Source: an uncultured Nitrospiraceae bacterium
GTDB lineage: Bacteria > Nitrospirota > Thermodesulfovibrionia > Thermodesulfovibrionales > UBA6898
NCBI GenBank assembly: GCA_963811165.1
Contig: CAWEQH010000004.1
Location: 32,001-96,000 of the forward strand
Direction: 5' to 3'
DNA: 64,000 nt
Below the pieces are notes generated by a model, which was given only the letters and a program-made list of their open reading frames with translations, was not told the DNA's origin and ran no database searches. This document shows, piece after piece, positions 41,966-51,771 of the stretch (position 1 is its first letter; each line of letters opens with the position of its first letter). Both the position numbers and the translations under genes were made by a program.

Positions 41966-42871
41966 TTACCTATTCTTATTTAGAACATCCATAATAGAAT
42001 CTATAGGAAGAACAACTGCGTACCCTGAGTTGGCCAAGCTAAATACATTGATATCTCCTTCTCCTTTTCCCTTCTTCTGTAAAACCAATGCAGGTTCCAC
42101 AGATGGCACAAACTGTATGACTATTCCAATAATACTGTAGGAAACCGCACCGTCCTTATTGTGTAATGCAATTACAGACCCTCCGCTATTTCCGTGATTA
42201 ACTAGGCAGTCAATTATGATGGTCCTTAAATTATCATTTTTGCCCGCGATAATGCCCTTTCTAATTAGCGGAGAAGAAAAATCTATTTGTGGAATGTTTT
42301 TTAACCCTATAGCTGCTGGATAACCTAAAACAAAAATATCATCTGAAATGTAAACATCCTTATAATAGGTAAACATTTCTGGGGTCGCCCCTATGGATGC
42401 AGCACCAGAGACGTTCTCATGGCTAGTTACACCTGCTATGGGTTTTAAAGCCCTGAATTTTACTCTGCCGTCCTTTACCATTTCAGCAATTTTAATTACG
42501 ACAACATCCCGACCGGCGTTGAATAATATAGATTTGTTAGAAGCCAGGAGGTCAAGATCTAAATCAAGGCTAGTTTGTTTATTGCGAGAGGGCATAAAGT
42601 TATACAAAACGTCCAAACTGATCAGTCTGGCTTTTTTACTTATTAAGGTGCCGTCTTCAGAAAACAATACATGTTTCGCGGTGACAAAATATTGCCCATC
42701 TTCTGTCATAACGAAAAACCCCGATCCAGAAATCTGCTGGTTTAGCTCGACCGAAGCTACCATTCTTTGTGTGATCGGGTCTAATCCTCCAGTCCTAGAA
42801 ATTCTGGGTGATGCGCACCCAAAGACGCTAAGGCAAATTATTATGGTGACTATCACTATATTCCTTTGCAT
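41966..42871 (-). CDS. Trypsin-like serine protease lipoprotein
   Basis: Lipobox VFGC; GSGF, VTAKHV, RDVVV, LGYP, HGNSGG catalytic triad. Confidence 0.85.
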   Translation of the reverse strand: MQRNIVIVTIIICLSVFGCASPRISRTGGLDPITQRMVASVELNQQISGSGFFVMTEDGQYFVTAKHVLFSEDGTLISKKARLISLDVLYNFMPSRNKQTSLDLDLDLLASNKSILFNAGRDVVVIKIAEMVKDGRVKFRALKPIAGVTSHENVSGAASIGATPEMFTYYKDVYISDDIFVLGYPAAIGLKNIPQIDFSSPLIRKGIIAGKNDNLRTIIIDCLVNHGNSGGSVIALHNKDGAVSYSIIGIVIQFVPSVEPALVLQKKGKGEGDINVFSLANSGYAVVLPIDSIMDVLNKNR

Positions 42872-43056
42872 TGGCCCTCCTAGAAATGTGCAATTGTAGC
42901 TGAAAGATGCTCGTTATAGAAAGAACTTTTTTGACGTGTTCGATATTGTGGGTCCCGTCTCGACTACCGAACCGCAGAATGTGGAATTATTCCTCAAAAT
43001 GGAAAAGAAGACTATCAGTAACATTTTGATTTATAAGTAATTGACTCGGAGAGTAT

Positions 43057-43134
<78 letters not shown>

Positions 43135-43296
43135 AACTTTCTAAGTTACCGAATTGCTCAGGAAAAAGTCAATCTACGGTTACCTTAATGAAGAGGCAAC
43201 AGTGAAGTTGAAATTAGGGGATAATTGGTTTATCATTGCATGGTGGCTTTTTGTACTGACAGTGCGTGAATTATTTTCTTATCTGAAGGAGAAACC

Positions 43297-43794
43297 ATCT
43301 CATCCATCATTGTCGACGGCTATAACCTTATAGGGACTTCCCACGACGATTTGAGCGCGGAGAGGGAAAAGTTACTACGCCTCCTTTCTGAATACCGCAA
43401 GATGAAGGTTCATGATATCACCGTCGTCTTCGACGGCTGGAAATCGGGCGGCCCGAAGGAAGAGACCCTTAAGACCGGCGGTATCACGGTTATCTATTCC
43501 AGGCTCGGAGAAAACGCCGATTATGTCATAAAGAGGATTATAAGCGGGGACAAAAGAGAATGGATCGTAGTTACTTCGGACCGGGACATCGCGGCGTTTG
43601 CGTGGGCCAATGGAAGCATTGCAGTTCCCTCCGACCGTTTCAGGGCAGTTATCGGCGAAGCGGGGTTGTTTTTCGGGGGAGAGTATGAACCTCTTGATGA
43701 AGACGAGGGTCCCGGCGTGCGGCGCGGGAAGGGGAATCCCAGGACCCCCTCCAAAAAAGAAAAGGCGCTGATGAGGGCATTGAGGAAATTGTGA
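43297..43794 (+). CDS. NYN-domain (YacP/Rae1-like) ribonuclease, probable ATC start
   Basis: IIVDGYNLIG, VVFDG, ADYVI, VVTSDR; SD AAGGAG 5 nt before ATC. Confidence 0.82.
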   Translation: MSSIIVDGYNLIGTSHDDLSAEREKLLRLLSEYRKMKVHDITVVFDGWKSGGPKEETLKTGGITVIYSRLGENADYVIKRIISGDKREWIVVTSDRDIAAFAWANGSIAVPSDRFRAVIGEAGLFFGGEYEPLDEDEGPGVRRGKGNPRTPSKKEKALMRALRKL

Positions 43795-44675
43795 TCAGAA
43801 AAGTTATCCCGGACCTAAGGCCGGCCGATTCTCTGAATCTGGTCTTTCTCTTTTTCTTGAGTCTGTTGGTCCTTGTCTTCCACAGGAGACTTAACGGTCA
43901 CGGCGGACTTGCGTTACTCTACGCAGCCCTTTTCGTGACTCAGATCGTTCTTATACGGTTCAAAAAAAGCACCGGCCTTGTGAGCTGGGTCTACGACCTG
44001 ATATTCCCTACCGTATGCATACTTATCATTTTTGACAGCCTTGAAGGTCTTGTCCACTCGATCAACCCGCGGGACATAGATCCCCTGCTCATAAGACTCG
44101 ATTATGCGATATTCGGTTTTTACCCGACGGTGATGCTGGAAAAGTTTATGTACCCCCTTCTCACGGACGTTATGCAGTTGGCATATTGCAGCTACTACGT
44201 CCTTCCGATCACGCTCGGCGTCTTTCTAAAGATAAAGGGGGAAGACCTCGCTTTCGACCGTTCGCTGTTTCTCATCATGCTCTGTTTTTATCTTTCCTAC
44301 ATAGGCTATATGCTCATGCCGGCGCTCGGTCCCAGATACACTATTGCCCACCTCCAGAGCAGCGACCTCAGAGGGTACCTCATCGCCGGCCGCCTTCAGG
44401 ATCTGCTGAACCGGCTGGAAGGCATCAAACGCGACGCTTTCCCCAGCGGGCACACCGGCATTGCGCTCACCGTCCTCTACCTTTCCCGCGTCCATGCGAA
44501 GGGGCTCTTTAGGGTTTTCCTCCCCTGCGTGATCGCGCTTATCTTGTCGACGGTTTACTGCAGGTACCATTATGTGGTAGATGTATTAGGAGGGATAGTG
44601 CTGGCCCTTATTACTATATTTCTTGGAGAGGCCTATTATGGATACAGGGCAAAGAGAATCGATATTACTCGTTGA
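43791..44675 (+). CDS. PAP2-family membrane phosphatase/phosphotransferase
   Basis: PALGPR, AFPSGH, YHYVVDV; multiple TM helices. Confidence 0.85.
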   Translation: MIRKVIPDLRPADSLNLVFLFFLSLLVLVFHRRLNGHGGLALLYAALFVTQIVLIRFKKSTGLVSWVYDLIFPTVCILIIFDSLEGLVHSINPRDIDPLLIRLDYAIFGFYPTVMLEKFMYPLLTDVMQLAYCSYYVLPITLGVFLKIKGEDLAFDRSLFLIMLCFYLSYIGYMLMPALGPRYTIAHLQSSDLRGYLIAGRLQDLLNRLEGIKRDAFPSGHTGIALTVLYLSRVHAKGLFRVFLPCVIALILSTVYCRYHYVVDVLGGIVLALITIFLGEAYYGYRAKRIDITR

Positions 44676-45342
44676 GGACGAAAAAAAAATTTCCGATATC
44701 GTCAGGGCCTATCTCGAAAAAGAGGGATACAGGGTAAGACCGGCTGAGACAGGCGAACAGGCGCTGAAACTCCTTAAGGATACGGTCGACCTCGTCATTC
44801 TGGACTTGATGCTTCCTGATATGCAGGGTGAGGAGCTCTGCAAGATAATACGTGAGGGCTCGGACGTGCCGGTGATTATTTTGACTGCCAAGAGCGGCGA
44901 AGAAGACAGGATCAAGGGGCTCGGGATAGGGGCCGACGACTATGTGGTCAAACCCTTCAGCCCCAGAGAACTCGTTGCCAGGGTTAAGGCGCAGTTAAGA
45001 AGGTCCGGGAGGACGAAGAAGAAACTCCTTAGCTATAACAGCGGCACGTTGAAGATAGACATCAATAATCGTGAGGTCTTCCGGGACGGCAGGCTTGTCA
45101 TACTCACTCCTACGGAGTTCAAGATCCTGCTCTCTCTTGCGGAGCAGCCCGGATGGGTCTTTTCCCGGGATCAACTGGTTACGATAGCGCAGGGGTTTGA
45201 TTTCGAAGGGTATGACAGAACGATAGACGCACATGTCAAAAACCTCAGGCATAAGATAGAAAAAGATTCCCGGGAACCTGAATACATCAAGACGGTATAC
45301 GGAGTAGGGTACAAATTTACGGGTATCCCCGATGCGGACTAA
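44638..45342 (+). CDS. OmpR-family response regulator (BaeR-like)
   Basis: LVEDE, LDLMLP, KPFSPREL, RTIDAHVKNLR, TVYGVGY. Confidence 0.93.
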   Translation: MDTGQRESILLVEDEKKISDIVRAYLEKEGYRVRPAETGEQALKLLKDTVDLVILDLMLPDMQGEELCKIIREGSDVPVIILTAKSGEEDRIKGLGIGADDYVVKPFSPRELVARVKAQLRRSGRTKKKLLSYNSGTLKIDINNREVFRDGRLVILTPTEFKILLSLAEQPGWVFSRDQLVTIAQGFDFEGYDRTIDAHVKNLRHKIEKDSREPEYIKTVYGVGYKFTGIPDAD

Positions 45343-46693
45343 ACTCTTTTTCGCCTTCCTCGTTGTGATCGTGATCGCCCTTGTCTCCAACCTCATCTTA
45401 GAAAGGTCCATGTCCGAGGATTTCGAGGACTATGTCAGCGGTGCTAAAGAAGACAAGCTCTACTGGATACTCGCTGCCGTCGAAGGCAGCTACCCCGGCG
45501 GCAAATGGGATATGACGTCGCTGCACGAGGCGGTCCACTGGGCCATGATGCTCGGATTCGATCTGAAAATCACCGACGATAAGGGCAGAGAAGTCATTTC
45601 ATCAGAGGGGGTAATGCTGATGTTGTCGCCGTCGATGAGACGGAGAATGGAAGGCATTGTCGATCTGAATTCGGCGCAGGGTAGTTATGAGCAATATCCG
45701 CTTTTTGTAGAAGGCAGGGAAATAGGCGCCATGTACGCCAGGCAACTCGGGATGGTAGGCAGCGTCAATGAGAAAGAGGTATTATTTAGGAAAAGGGAGA
45801 AAGAGTTCCTCATTACGTCCTTTGCAACCGCGGGAGGCGGGGCCGTATTCATGGCGGTAATCTTCAGTCTATTCTTGTCGCGGCCCCTCAACAAGATGAA
45901 AAAAGCCGTCGAATCCTTTGCAAGTGGTGATTTCAGTGTCCGGGTCCCGGCCGGCTCCGGCAATGACGAACTCGGTAAACTCGCGCAGAGCTTCAATTTT
46001 ATGGCCGAGGCCCTTGAGAAAGAAGAGGCGTTAAGAAAACATCTGACCTCCAATATAGCCCATGAATTAAGGACGCCCCTTGCGATCATGAAGGCCAATG
46101 TAGAGGCCATGATCGACGGCGTAATCGACAACCGTCAGCAGGGACTCGAAAACATACGGCTTGAAGTTGAAAAACTTATTAGTCTCGTCGAGGGCATCGA
46201 GGACATGACCAAGGCCGAGGCGAGCTTTTTTTCGGGAAGAAATTATTCTGAGATCAACCTCGGGAAATTTCTCTCGATCGTTGCCGCAAAGCTGATGCCG
46301 CTTGCGGCCGAAAAGGAGCTCGACCTGAAGATTGTCCCCGGTGCTCCTGTACGTGTTTCCACCGACTCTGATAAACTCGAAAAGGTCGTCCAGAACATCC
46401 TCACCAACTCGATCAAGAATACCTTTTCAGGAGGGATAACGATAGAGTATGGGACGGACAAGGAGATGTTTTTTATCGAGATCAGAGATACGGGGAGCGG
46501 GATACCTGAAGACAAAATGGAGATGGTATTTAAGAGATTTTATAGGGGCGAGGATTCAAAGGGCATAGGACTCGGACTTGCGATCGTGAAGGAACTTGTT
46601 GATGCCATGGGCGGCCGGATCGAACTGACGAGCAGGGTGGGAGAGGGTACGGTATTCAGGATATGGCTGCCGATGCGTGAAAGAAGGAAATGA
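45332..46693 (+). CDS. HAMP-domain sensor histidine kinase (BaeS-like)
   Basis: Two TMs, HAMP, AHELRTPL, DTGSG, GIGLGL. Confidence 0.93.
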   Translation: MRTKLFFAFLVVIVIALVSNLILERSMSEDFEDYVSGAKEDKLYWILAAVEGSYPGGKWDMTSLHEAVHWAMMLGFDLKITDDKGREVISSEGVMLMLSPSMRRRMEGIVDLNSAQGSYEQYPLFVEGREIGAMYARQLGMVGSVNEKEVLFRKREKEFLITSFATAGGGAVFMAVIFSLFLSRPLNKMKKAVESFASGDFSVRVPAGSGNDELGKLAQSFNFMAEALEKEEALRKHLTSNIAHELRTPLAIMKANVEAMIDGVIDNRQQGLENIRLEVEKLISLVEGIEDMTKAEASFFSGRNYSEINLGKFLSIVAAKLMPLAAEKELDLKIVPGAPVRVSTDSDKLEKVVQNILTNSIKNTFSGGITIEYGTDKEMFFIEIRDTGSGIPEDKMEMVFKRFYRGEDSKGIGLGLAIVKELVDAMGGRIELTSRVGEGTVFRIWLPMRERRK

Positions 46694-46956
46694 ACATTCC
46701 ATTTAAAAAGACGAAAGGCGGGATAGTGATAGAGGTGAAGGTTGAACCGAGGTCTTCAAAAAAAGGCATTGCGGGAGTTATGGACAATATGGTCAAGGTG
46801 AAGCTGACCGCCCCGCCGGTTGAAGGAGAGGCAAACGAACAACTGATCGAGGTCCTTTCCGAACTGACGGGTGTACGAAAATCGGACATCAGAATAGTCA
46901 GGGGCCTTTCGTCGAGGAGAAAAGTCGTAGAGATAAGAGGCGTGGATAATATCTGA
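46690..46956 (+). CDS. DUF167/YggU family protein
   Basis: VEPRSSK, APPVEGEAN, GLSSRRK. Confidence 0.9.
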   Translation: MNIPFKKTKGGIVIEVKVEPRSSKKGIAGVMDNMVKVKLTAPPVEGEANEQLIEVLSELTGVRKSDIRIVRGLSSRRKVVEIRGVDNI

Positions 46957-46966
46957 TTTAACATAA

Positions 46967-46987
46967 TTTCTTCACATTTTCTTCATT
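46967..46987 (+). promoter_or_regulatory. Putative OmpR-family binding direct repeat
   Basis: TTTCTTCACA-T-TTTCTTCATT with 11-nt period, upstream of two exported proteins. Confidence 0.45.
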
Positions 46988-47033
46988 AGTCTGTATTACT
47001 ATTTTTTATGGAGGTTGTTAAAAAAAGTCTTAG

Positions 47034-47345
47034 ATGGTAAGGACGATTTTTTTTGTAATAGCCCTGATCTTCTCGGTCTCTTTTTTTGCGTATGCCGAGG
47101 AAAACAATGTTACCCCCTATGGTGACTACTGCAGGGACTGCACTATTTACGGGACCTGCAAGGAAATTATCCCTCGACGGGTTGCGGTAATCGCCCTCGG
47201 CAGATATTACAGCGAAAGAGGATATAGGGTGGGCACGATCTACCACAAGGGGAGGTTCATCGAGGCCGAGATATTCAAAAACAACAGGCGGGTTGATGTG
47301 GTGCTGTTCGACAGGAAAACGGGAAGACTTCGGTCAATTTATTGA
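47034..47345 (+). CDS. Exported hypothetical protein (PepSY-like C-terminus, CxxC...C)
   Basis: Signal peptide; YCRDCTIYGTC; FDRKTGRLRS. Confidence 0.65.
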   Translation: MVRTIFFVIALIFSVSFFAYAEENNVTPYGDYCRDCTIYGTCKEIIPRRVAVIALGRYYSERGYRVGTIYHKGRFIEAEIFKNNRRVDVVLFDRKTGRLRSIY

Positions 47346-47379
47346 CTTGTTCATACTGTACATTTCAAGGAGGTTTTCT

Positions 47380-47988
47380 ATGAAGAAGTTGCTGGCTATT
47401 TGTGCCGTCGGTATGTTTCTTTTTGCCTGGGCCGGCTTTTCTGAAGCGATGATGTGCGATAAAGGCATGGGGATGGGGGACGAGCATCCGGTGCTTGAGA
47501 AACTCAAATCGCTCGGACTTGATGAGAAACAGATGGGTGAGGTGAAAGCGGTCCACTTCAAAGTGATGAAGGAGACCATCAAAAAAAGAGCCGATATGCA
47601 GGTTGCCCGAGTTGAATTAAGGGAAATCCTCGACCAGGACCCTGTTGATGTAAAGGCTGCAGAGGCCAAGATAAGGCAGATCGAGGGGCTGAGCGGAGAC
47701 ATCAAAATAATGCATATAAAGGCCCATGAAGAGGTCAAGAGCAAGCTTACCCCCGAGCAAAGAAAGATGTTCGCAGCGATGATGCCGATGATGCACGGCG
47801 GCATGATGGGCAAGATGAGGTGCGAATGCGGCCGGAAGGGCAAAATGAAAAAATATAAGGAGTGCGGGATGATGGGCAAAGGCATGATGAACCGTGATGA
47901 CGATGATGATATGTTTTCAGGGGACTACCCTGACCACGCCGGTGAAATGCCGTCAATGGACCATCAACATATGCATCACGGGCGGTAG
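47380..47988 (+). CDS. Spy/CpxP/ZraP-like periplasmic protein with Met/His-rich tail
   Basis: SD AAGGAGG; signal peptide; LGLDEKQ and LTPEQ motifs. Confidence 0.82.
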   Translation: MKKLLAICAVGMFLFAWAGFSEAMMCDKGMGMGDEHPVLEKLKSLGLDEKQMGEVKAVHFKVMKETIKKRADMQVARVELREILDQDPVDVKAAEAKIRQIEGLSGDIKIMHIKAHEEVKSKLTPEQRKMFAAMMPMMHGGMMGKMRCECGRKGKMKKYKECGMMGKGMMNRDDDDDMFSGDYPDHAGEMPSMDHQHMHHGR

Positions 47989-48000
47989 GGCCCTTAGTGC

Positions 48001-48040
48001 GCGTTGCCGCCGGCGGGTCTGATTGTGGCGGCGGCGTTTT
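48001..48040 (+). terminator. Possible terminator
   Basis: GCGTTGCCGCC...GGCGGCGGCGT followed by a T-rich run. Confidence 0.45.
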
Positions 48041-48264
48041 ATATATATTTCTCTCCTATAGAGCAGGTCAAAAGCCTGCTTTTTTTTTTGAAGAACTGGT
48101 CTGTCTTAGTAATTTTTTCTAACCGTCTCCTGATTGTGGATCAAGTGGAAAAAGTTTTATGAATAATACAGTCAATTGCCTCTGATTTAGCCACCCTATA
48201 TGTTGTGGCTTATCCAATCAAACGCACAACATAAGAGGATTATCGAAATGCCAGTTTTTTTCCC

Positions 48265-48293
48265 TTGACATAAGAAACGTTCTCCCTTATATT
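48265..48293 (+). promoter_or_regulatory. Sigma70 promoter of the dcw cluster
   Basis: TTGACA-17 nt-TATATT. Confidence 0.75.
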
Positions 48294-48294
48294 T

Positions 48295-48320
48295 AAGTGG
48301 TAAATAGTGGTAGAAAGTGG
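48295..48320 (+). promoter_or_regulatory. MraZ-binding repeats
   Basis: AGTGG three times with 10-nt period (GTGG at 48297, 48307, 48317), directly before mraZ. Confidence 0.75.
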
Positions 48321-48327
48321 AGGAGAT

Positions 48328-48780
48328 GTGCCAGCTTTCTCTGGAAAATATTATTACACGTTAGACCCAAAGGGTAGAGTCATAGTACCTGCTCCTTTTC
48401 GGGAAATTATTTCATCTAATTATAATCCCAAGCTCTATGTTGTCAATGATATTTTCGACAACTGTCTCCATATTTATCCGCAAGAAGAATGGAGCAAGCT
48501 CGAAGAGAAGGTCCGGACCCTTCCAAAAATGGATGAAGACGTAAAGCTGTTCATAAGGAAAGTCATAGGTTCCGCCCAGGAAGTGGAGATAGACAAACAG
48601 GGCAGGATTTTGGTTTCCGCGGCCCAAAGAGAAGACGCCGGCCTGCAGTCGGATATCGTTATCGTCGGACAACTGGACAAGATCGATCTATGGGACAGAA
48701 AAGAGTGGGATGCGGTAAATGATCTGTCCAAGATCGACAAGAAGGCGACGGCTGAAAAACTTGCGGCATACGGTTTGTAA
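48328..48780 (+). CDS. mraZ: Transcriptional regulator MraZ
   Basis: LDPKGRV and IDKQGRI repeats; GTG start after GGAGGAG. Confidence 0.95.
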   Translation: MPAFSGKYYYTLDPKGRVIVPAPFREIISSNYNPKLYVVNDIFDNCLHIYPQEEWSKLEEKVRTLPKMDEDVKLFIRKVIGSAQEVEIDKQGRILVSAAQREDAGLQSDIVIVGQLDKIDLWDRKEWDAVNDLSKIDKKATAEKLAAYGL

Positions 48781-49656
48781 ATGACCGTCGAACATCTCCC
48801 GGTGCTGCTGAGGGAGGTGATCGATCTGCTCTCCCCGGCGGAAGGGGGGATATATATAGATGCAACTGTCGGACTAGGGGGACATTCTGAGGAGATATTG
48901 AAGATGATCGGTCAGGATGGAAGACTTATCGGAATCGACAGAGACGAAGAGGCACTGAGCAGGACGGCTTCACGCCTTAACGACGACAGGCTGATCCTCA
49001 GGAAGGGTAGTTTTTCAGGTATGGAAGAGATCCTCGGGTCAGCGGGCATTAACGAAGCCGATGGCATCCTCCTCGATCTGGGTGTCTCGATGATGCAGTT
49101 CAAAGACCTCGGGAGGGGGTTCAGTTTCTCCTCTGAAGAAAGGCTCGATATGAGAATGGACATTTCGCAGGATCTTTCGGCCTGGGATGTCGTAAACGAA
49201 TATCCCGAAAAAGACCTCGTGAGGATATTCAAGGAATACGGAGAGGAATATAAGGCGGTAAGGATCGTAAGGGCCATCGCCGGACACCGGATCAAAAAGA
49301 GTATCGATACCTGTGTGGAACTGGCCGAAATCGTCGGCGGGGCTATCGGCAGAAGGGGCAGAATACATCCGGCCACAAAGACTTTCCAGGCCCTCAGGAT
49401 CGAGGTCAACAGGGAGATCGATGAGCTTAAAGAAGGGCTTGATTCGTCCCTGAGGATACTGAAGAAGGGCGGAAGGCTTTGTGTTATTTCCTATCATTCG
49501 CTTGAAGACAGGATCGTGAAAAATTTTATGCGAGACAACGCAAGAGAAAAAAATGTGAGACTTCTCGTGAAGAAGCCGGTAGTGCCCGACATCGGCGAAA
49601 TGCGGATAAATCCCTCTTCACGGAGTGCAAAACTGAGAGGAGCCGAGAGACTATGA
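48781..49656 (+). CDS. rsmH: 16S rRNA m4C1402 methyltransferase
   Basis: HLPVL, DATVGLGGHS, DLGVS, FQALRIEVN, SYHSLEDR. Confidence 0.97.
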   Translation: MTVEHLPVLLREVIDLLSPAEGGIYIDATVGLGGHSEEILKMIGQDGRLIGIDRDEEALSRTASRLNDDRLILRKGSFSGMEEILGSAGINEADGILLDLGVSMMQFKDLGRGFSFSSEERLDMRMDISQDLSAWDVVNEYPEKDLVRIFKEYGEEYKAVRIVRAIAGHRIKKSIDTCVELAEIVGGAIGRRGRIHPATKTFQALRIEVNREIDELKEGLDSSLRILKKGGRLCVISYHSLEDRIVKNFMRDNAREKNVRLLVKKPVVPDIGEMRINPSSRSAKLRGAERL

Positions 49657-50048
49657 TACGTACTAAAACGGACGGCAATATGTTATCATTACTGTACAAA
49701 CCATTGTGTGTCGTAATCCTCTTATCAGGCTTGTTCGGACTCATTTGGCTCAGATCCGGCGTAGTGACAACCGCATACGACCTCAGGAATCTCGAAGAGA
49801 AAAAAATGGCGTCCCTCACAGACAGGAAAATGCTTCTCGCGCAGCGGGCAACCCTTATGTCACTGGAGAAGATCGACGCCTCGTTCCGTGGAAGCGTGCA
49901 GGGAAATACGAGACTCGCGGCAGGTGAGAATATGTTTTCAAACAGGGTAAGGGTGATACATATAAAGAGGAACGGCGTCCCCGGCACATACAAGGCTTCC
50001 CTTCAGGTTGAGGGACAAGGAGTGAGAGGAAAAGAAGGGGTTGAATAA
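49653..50048 (+). CDS. ftsL: FtsL-like cell division protein
   Basis: TM plus coiled coil; located between rsmH and ftsI. Confidence 0.6.
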   Translation: MIRTKTDGNMLSLLYKPLCVVILLSGLFGLIWLRSGVVTTAYDLRNLEEKKMASLTDRKMLLAQRATLMSLEKIDASFRGSVQGNTRLAAGENMFSNRVRVIHIKRNGVPGTYKASLQVEGQGVRGKEGVE

Positions 50049-51771
50049 GAAACGCGCGATCATTCTGAACACGGCAATAGTATTCGGTTTTTTTGCGATT
50101 TTTTTGCGTCTCACCTCCTTGATGATATTCGATCACAAAGCGCTTGCAGAGAAGGCCAAACTCCAGCAGATGAAGGCCGAAGACATCCAGGCCACGAGGG
50201 GCAATATCTATGACCGCAAAGGCAGGGAATTCGCCGTGAACCTTGAACTCGAATCCCTTTATTGCGACGCAAAGGAAGTCGATATCGACGGCGAGAAGAT
50301 GGGGAAGCTCGCGACAGCCCTGGGAATGGAGCCCAAGGTGATCCAGGCCAAGTTTCAGCCGAACAAGAGGTTCACCTGGATCAACAGGAAGCTTTCTCCC
50401 GAGACTATCCAGAGGGTCAGGGCGGTCCTGGGGATCGGTCAAAATACCAGGTCTCAGGCGGCTGCGGGGTTCGGATTCGTACCGGAGGCCAAGCGCTTTT
50501 ATCCGAAAGGCATGCTTGCCGCCCATGTGATCGGCGCCGTGGGGCTCGACAACCAGCCCCTCGAGGGGGTCGAACTGAAATATGACAAGTACCTAAAGAC
50601 TTCCGGCGGCAAGGTATTATTCGAGAGGGACGCAAGCGGGAGGATGCTTTCTTCTGGTGTGAATATGGAGTCAAGGGGCAACGACGTCCTGCTTACCTTA
50701 GATGAGGGCCTCCAGTATATCGCCGAGCAGGAGCTCGACAAGACGATGGCGAAGTGGAGGTCCGTAGCTGCGACAGCCATCATAATGGACCCCTTTACCG
50801 GCGAGATCCTGGCATTGGCCAGCAGACCCTCCTATGATCTGAACGATATGGGAAGGGCGAATAAAAACGAAGTGAGGAACAGGGCGATTACCGATGTCTA
50901 TGAGCCGGGCTCCACATTCAAGATAGTAGTGGGGACGGCCGCCCTCGAGGAAGGCATATACAATCTGAATTCTCCCTTTGACGTCAGCCGGGGAAGCATC
51001 GAGGTCGGCGGCAAGGTCATTCACGACGCGCACCGCCATGGCCTGCTTACATTTAAGGAGGTAATACAGAAGTCGTCGAACGTAGGCTCTATCATGATCG
51101 GCGAGAGACTCGGCAAGGAGACTATCTATAAGTACGCAAAACTCTACGGGTACGGCGACCTAACGGGCATCGACCTGCCGGGTGAAGTTTCCGGGTGGAT
51201 AAGGAAGCCCGACAGATGGTCGGCCACATCCATCGGCGCAATCCCGATTGGCCAGGAAGTCGCGGTGACGCCGCTTCAGATCCTGCGGGCCTATTCCGCG
51301 ATCGCAAACGGCGGGTATCTCGTTCGTCCCCATATCGTATCAGAGATCAGGACCCACGAAGGACAGCCGCTGTTTACCTTCGATAAGGAACAGAAGAAAA
51401 GGGTGATCTCCGCCAAGACCGCAGCGGCCTTCAAAGATATTCTTAAGACGGTCGTCGAAGAAGGCGGGACCGCAACAGGGGCCTCGGTGGACGGCAACAA
51501 GGTCGCGGGAAAAACAGGGACTGCCCAGCTTGTCGACCATAGGACCAAAAGATATTCGAAGGACAGATACATAAGCTCTTTTGTGGGCTTTGTTCCGGCG
51601 GACGATCCGAAGTTCGCCATGATCATCGTGGTGTATGAGCCTAAGGGCGCTATCTACGGCGGTGTTGTGGCGGGTCCGGCATTTAAGAGCATCGCGGACC
51701 AGGCGCTGTCCTATATGAACGTGCCGAGGGACGACACCAGTGAAAAGAACCTCCTGCTCGTGTCGAAATGA
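50041..51771 (+). CDS. ftsI: Peptidoglycan D,D-transpeptidase PBP3
   Basis: RGNIYDR, EPGSTFK (SxxK), SSN, KTGT. Confidence 0.93.
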   Translation: MNKKRAIILNTAIVFGFFAIFLRLTSLMIFDHKALAEKAKLQQMKAEDIQATRGNIYDRKGREFAVNLELESLYCDAKEVDIDGEKMGKLATALGMEPKVIQAKFQPNKRFTWINRKLSPETIQRVRAVLGIGQNTRSQAAAGFGFVPEAKRFYPKGMLAAHVIGAVGLDNQPLEGVELKYDKYLKTSGGKVLFERDASGRMLSSGVNMESRGNDVLLTLDEGLQYIAEQELDKTMAKWRSVAATAIIMDPFTGEILALASRPSYDLNDMGRANKNEVRNRAITDVYEPGSTFKIVVGTAALEEGIYNLNSPFDVSRGSIEVGGKVIHDAHRHGLLTFKEVIQKSSNVGSIMIGERLGKETIYKYAKLYGYGDLTGIDLPGEVSGWIRKPDRWSATSIGAIPIGQEVAVTPLQILRAYSAIANGGYLVRPHIVSEIRTHEGQPLFTFDKEQKKRVISAKTAAAFKDILKTVVEEGGTATGASVDGNKVAGKTGTAQLVDHRTKRYSKDRYISSFVGFVPADDPKFAMIIVVYEPKGAIYGGVVAGPAFKSIADQALSYMNVPRDDTSEKNLLLVSK

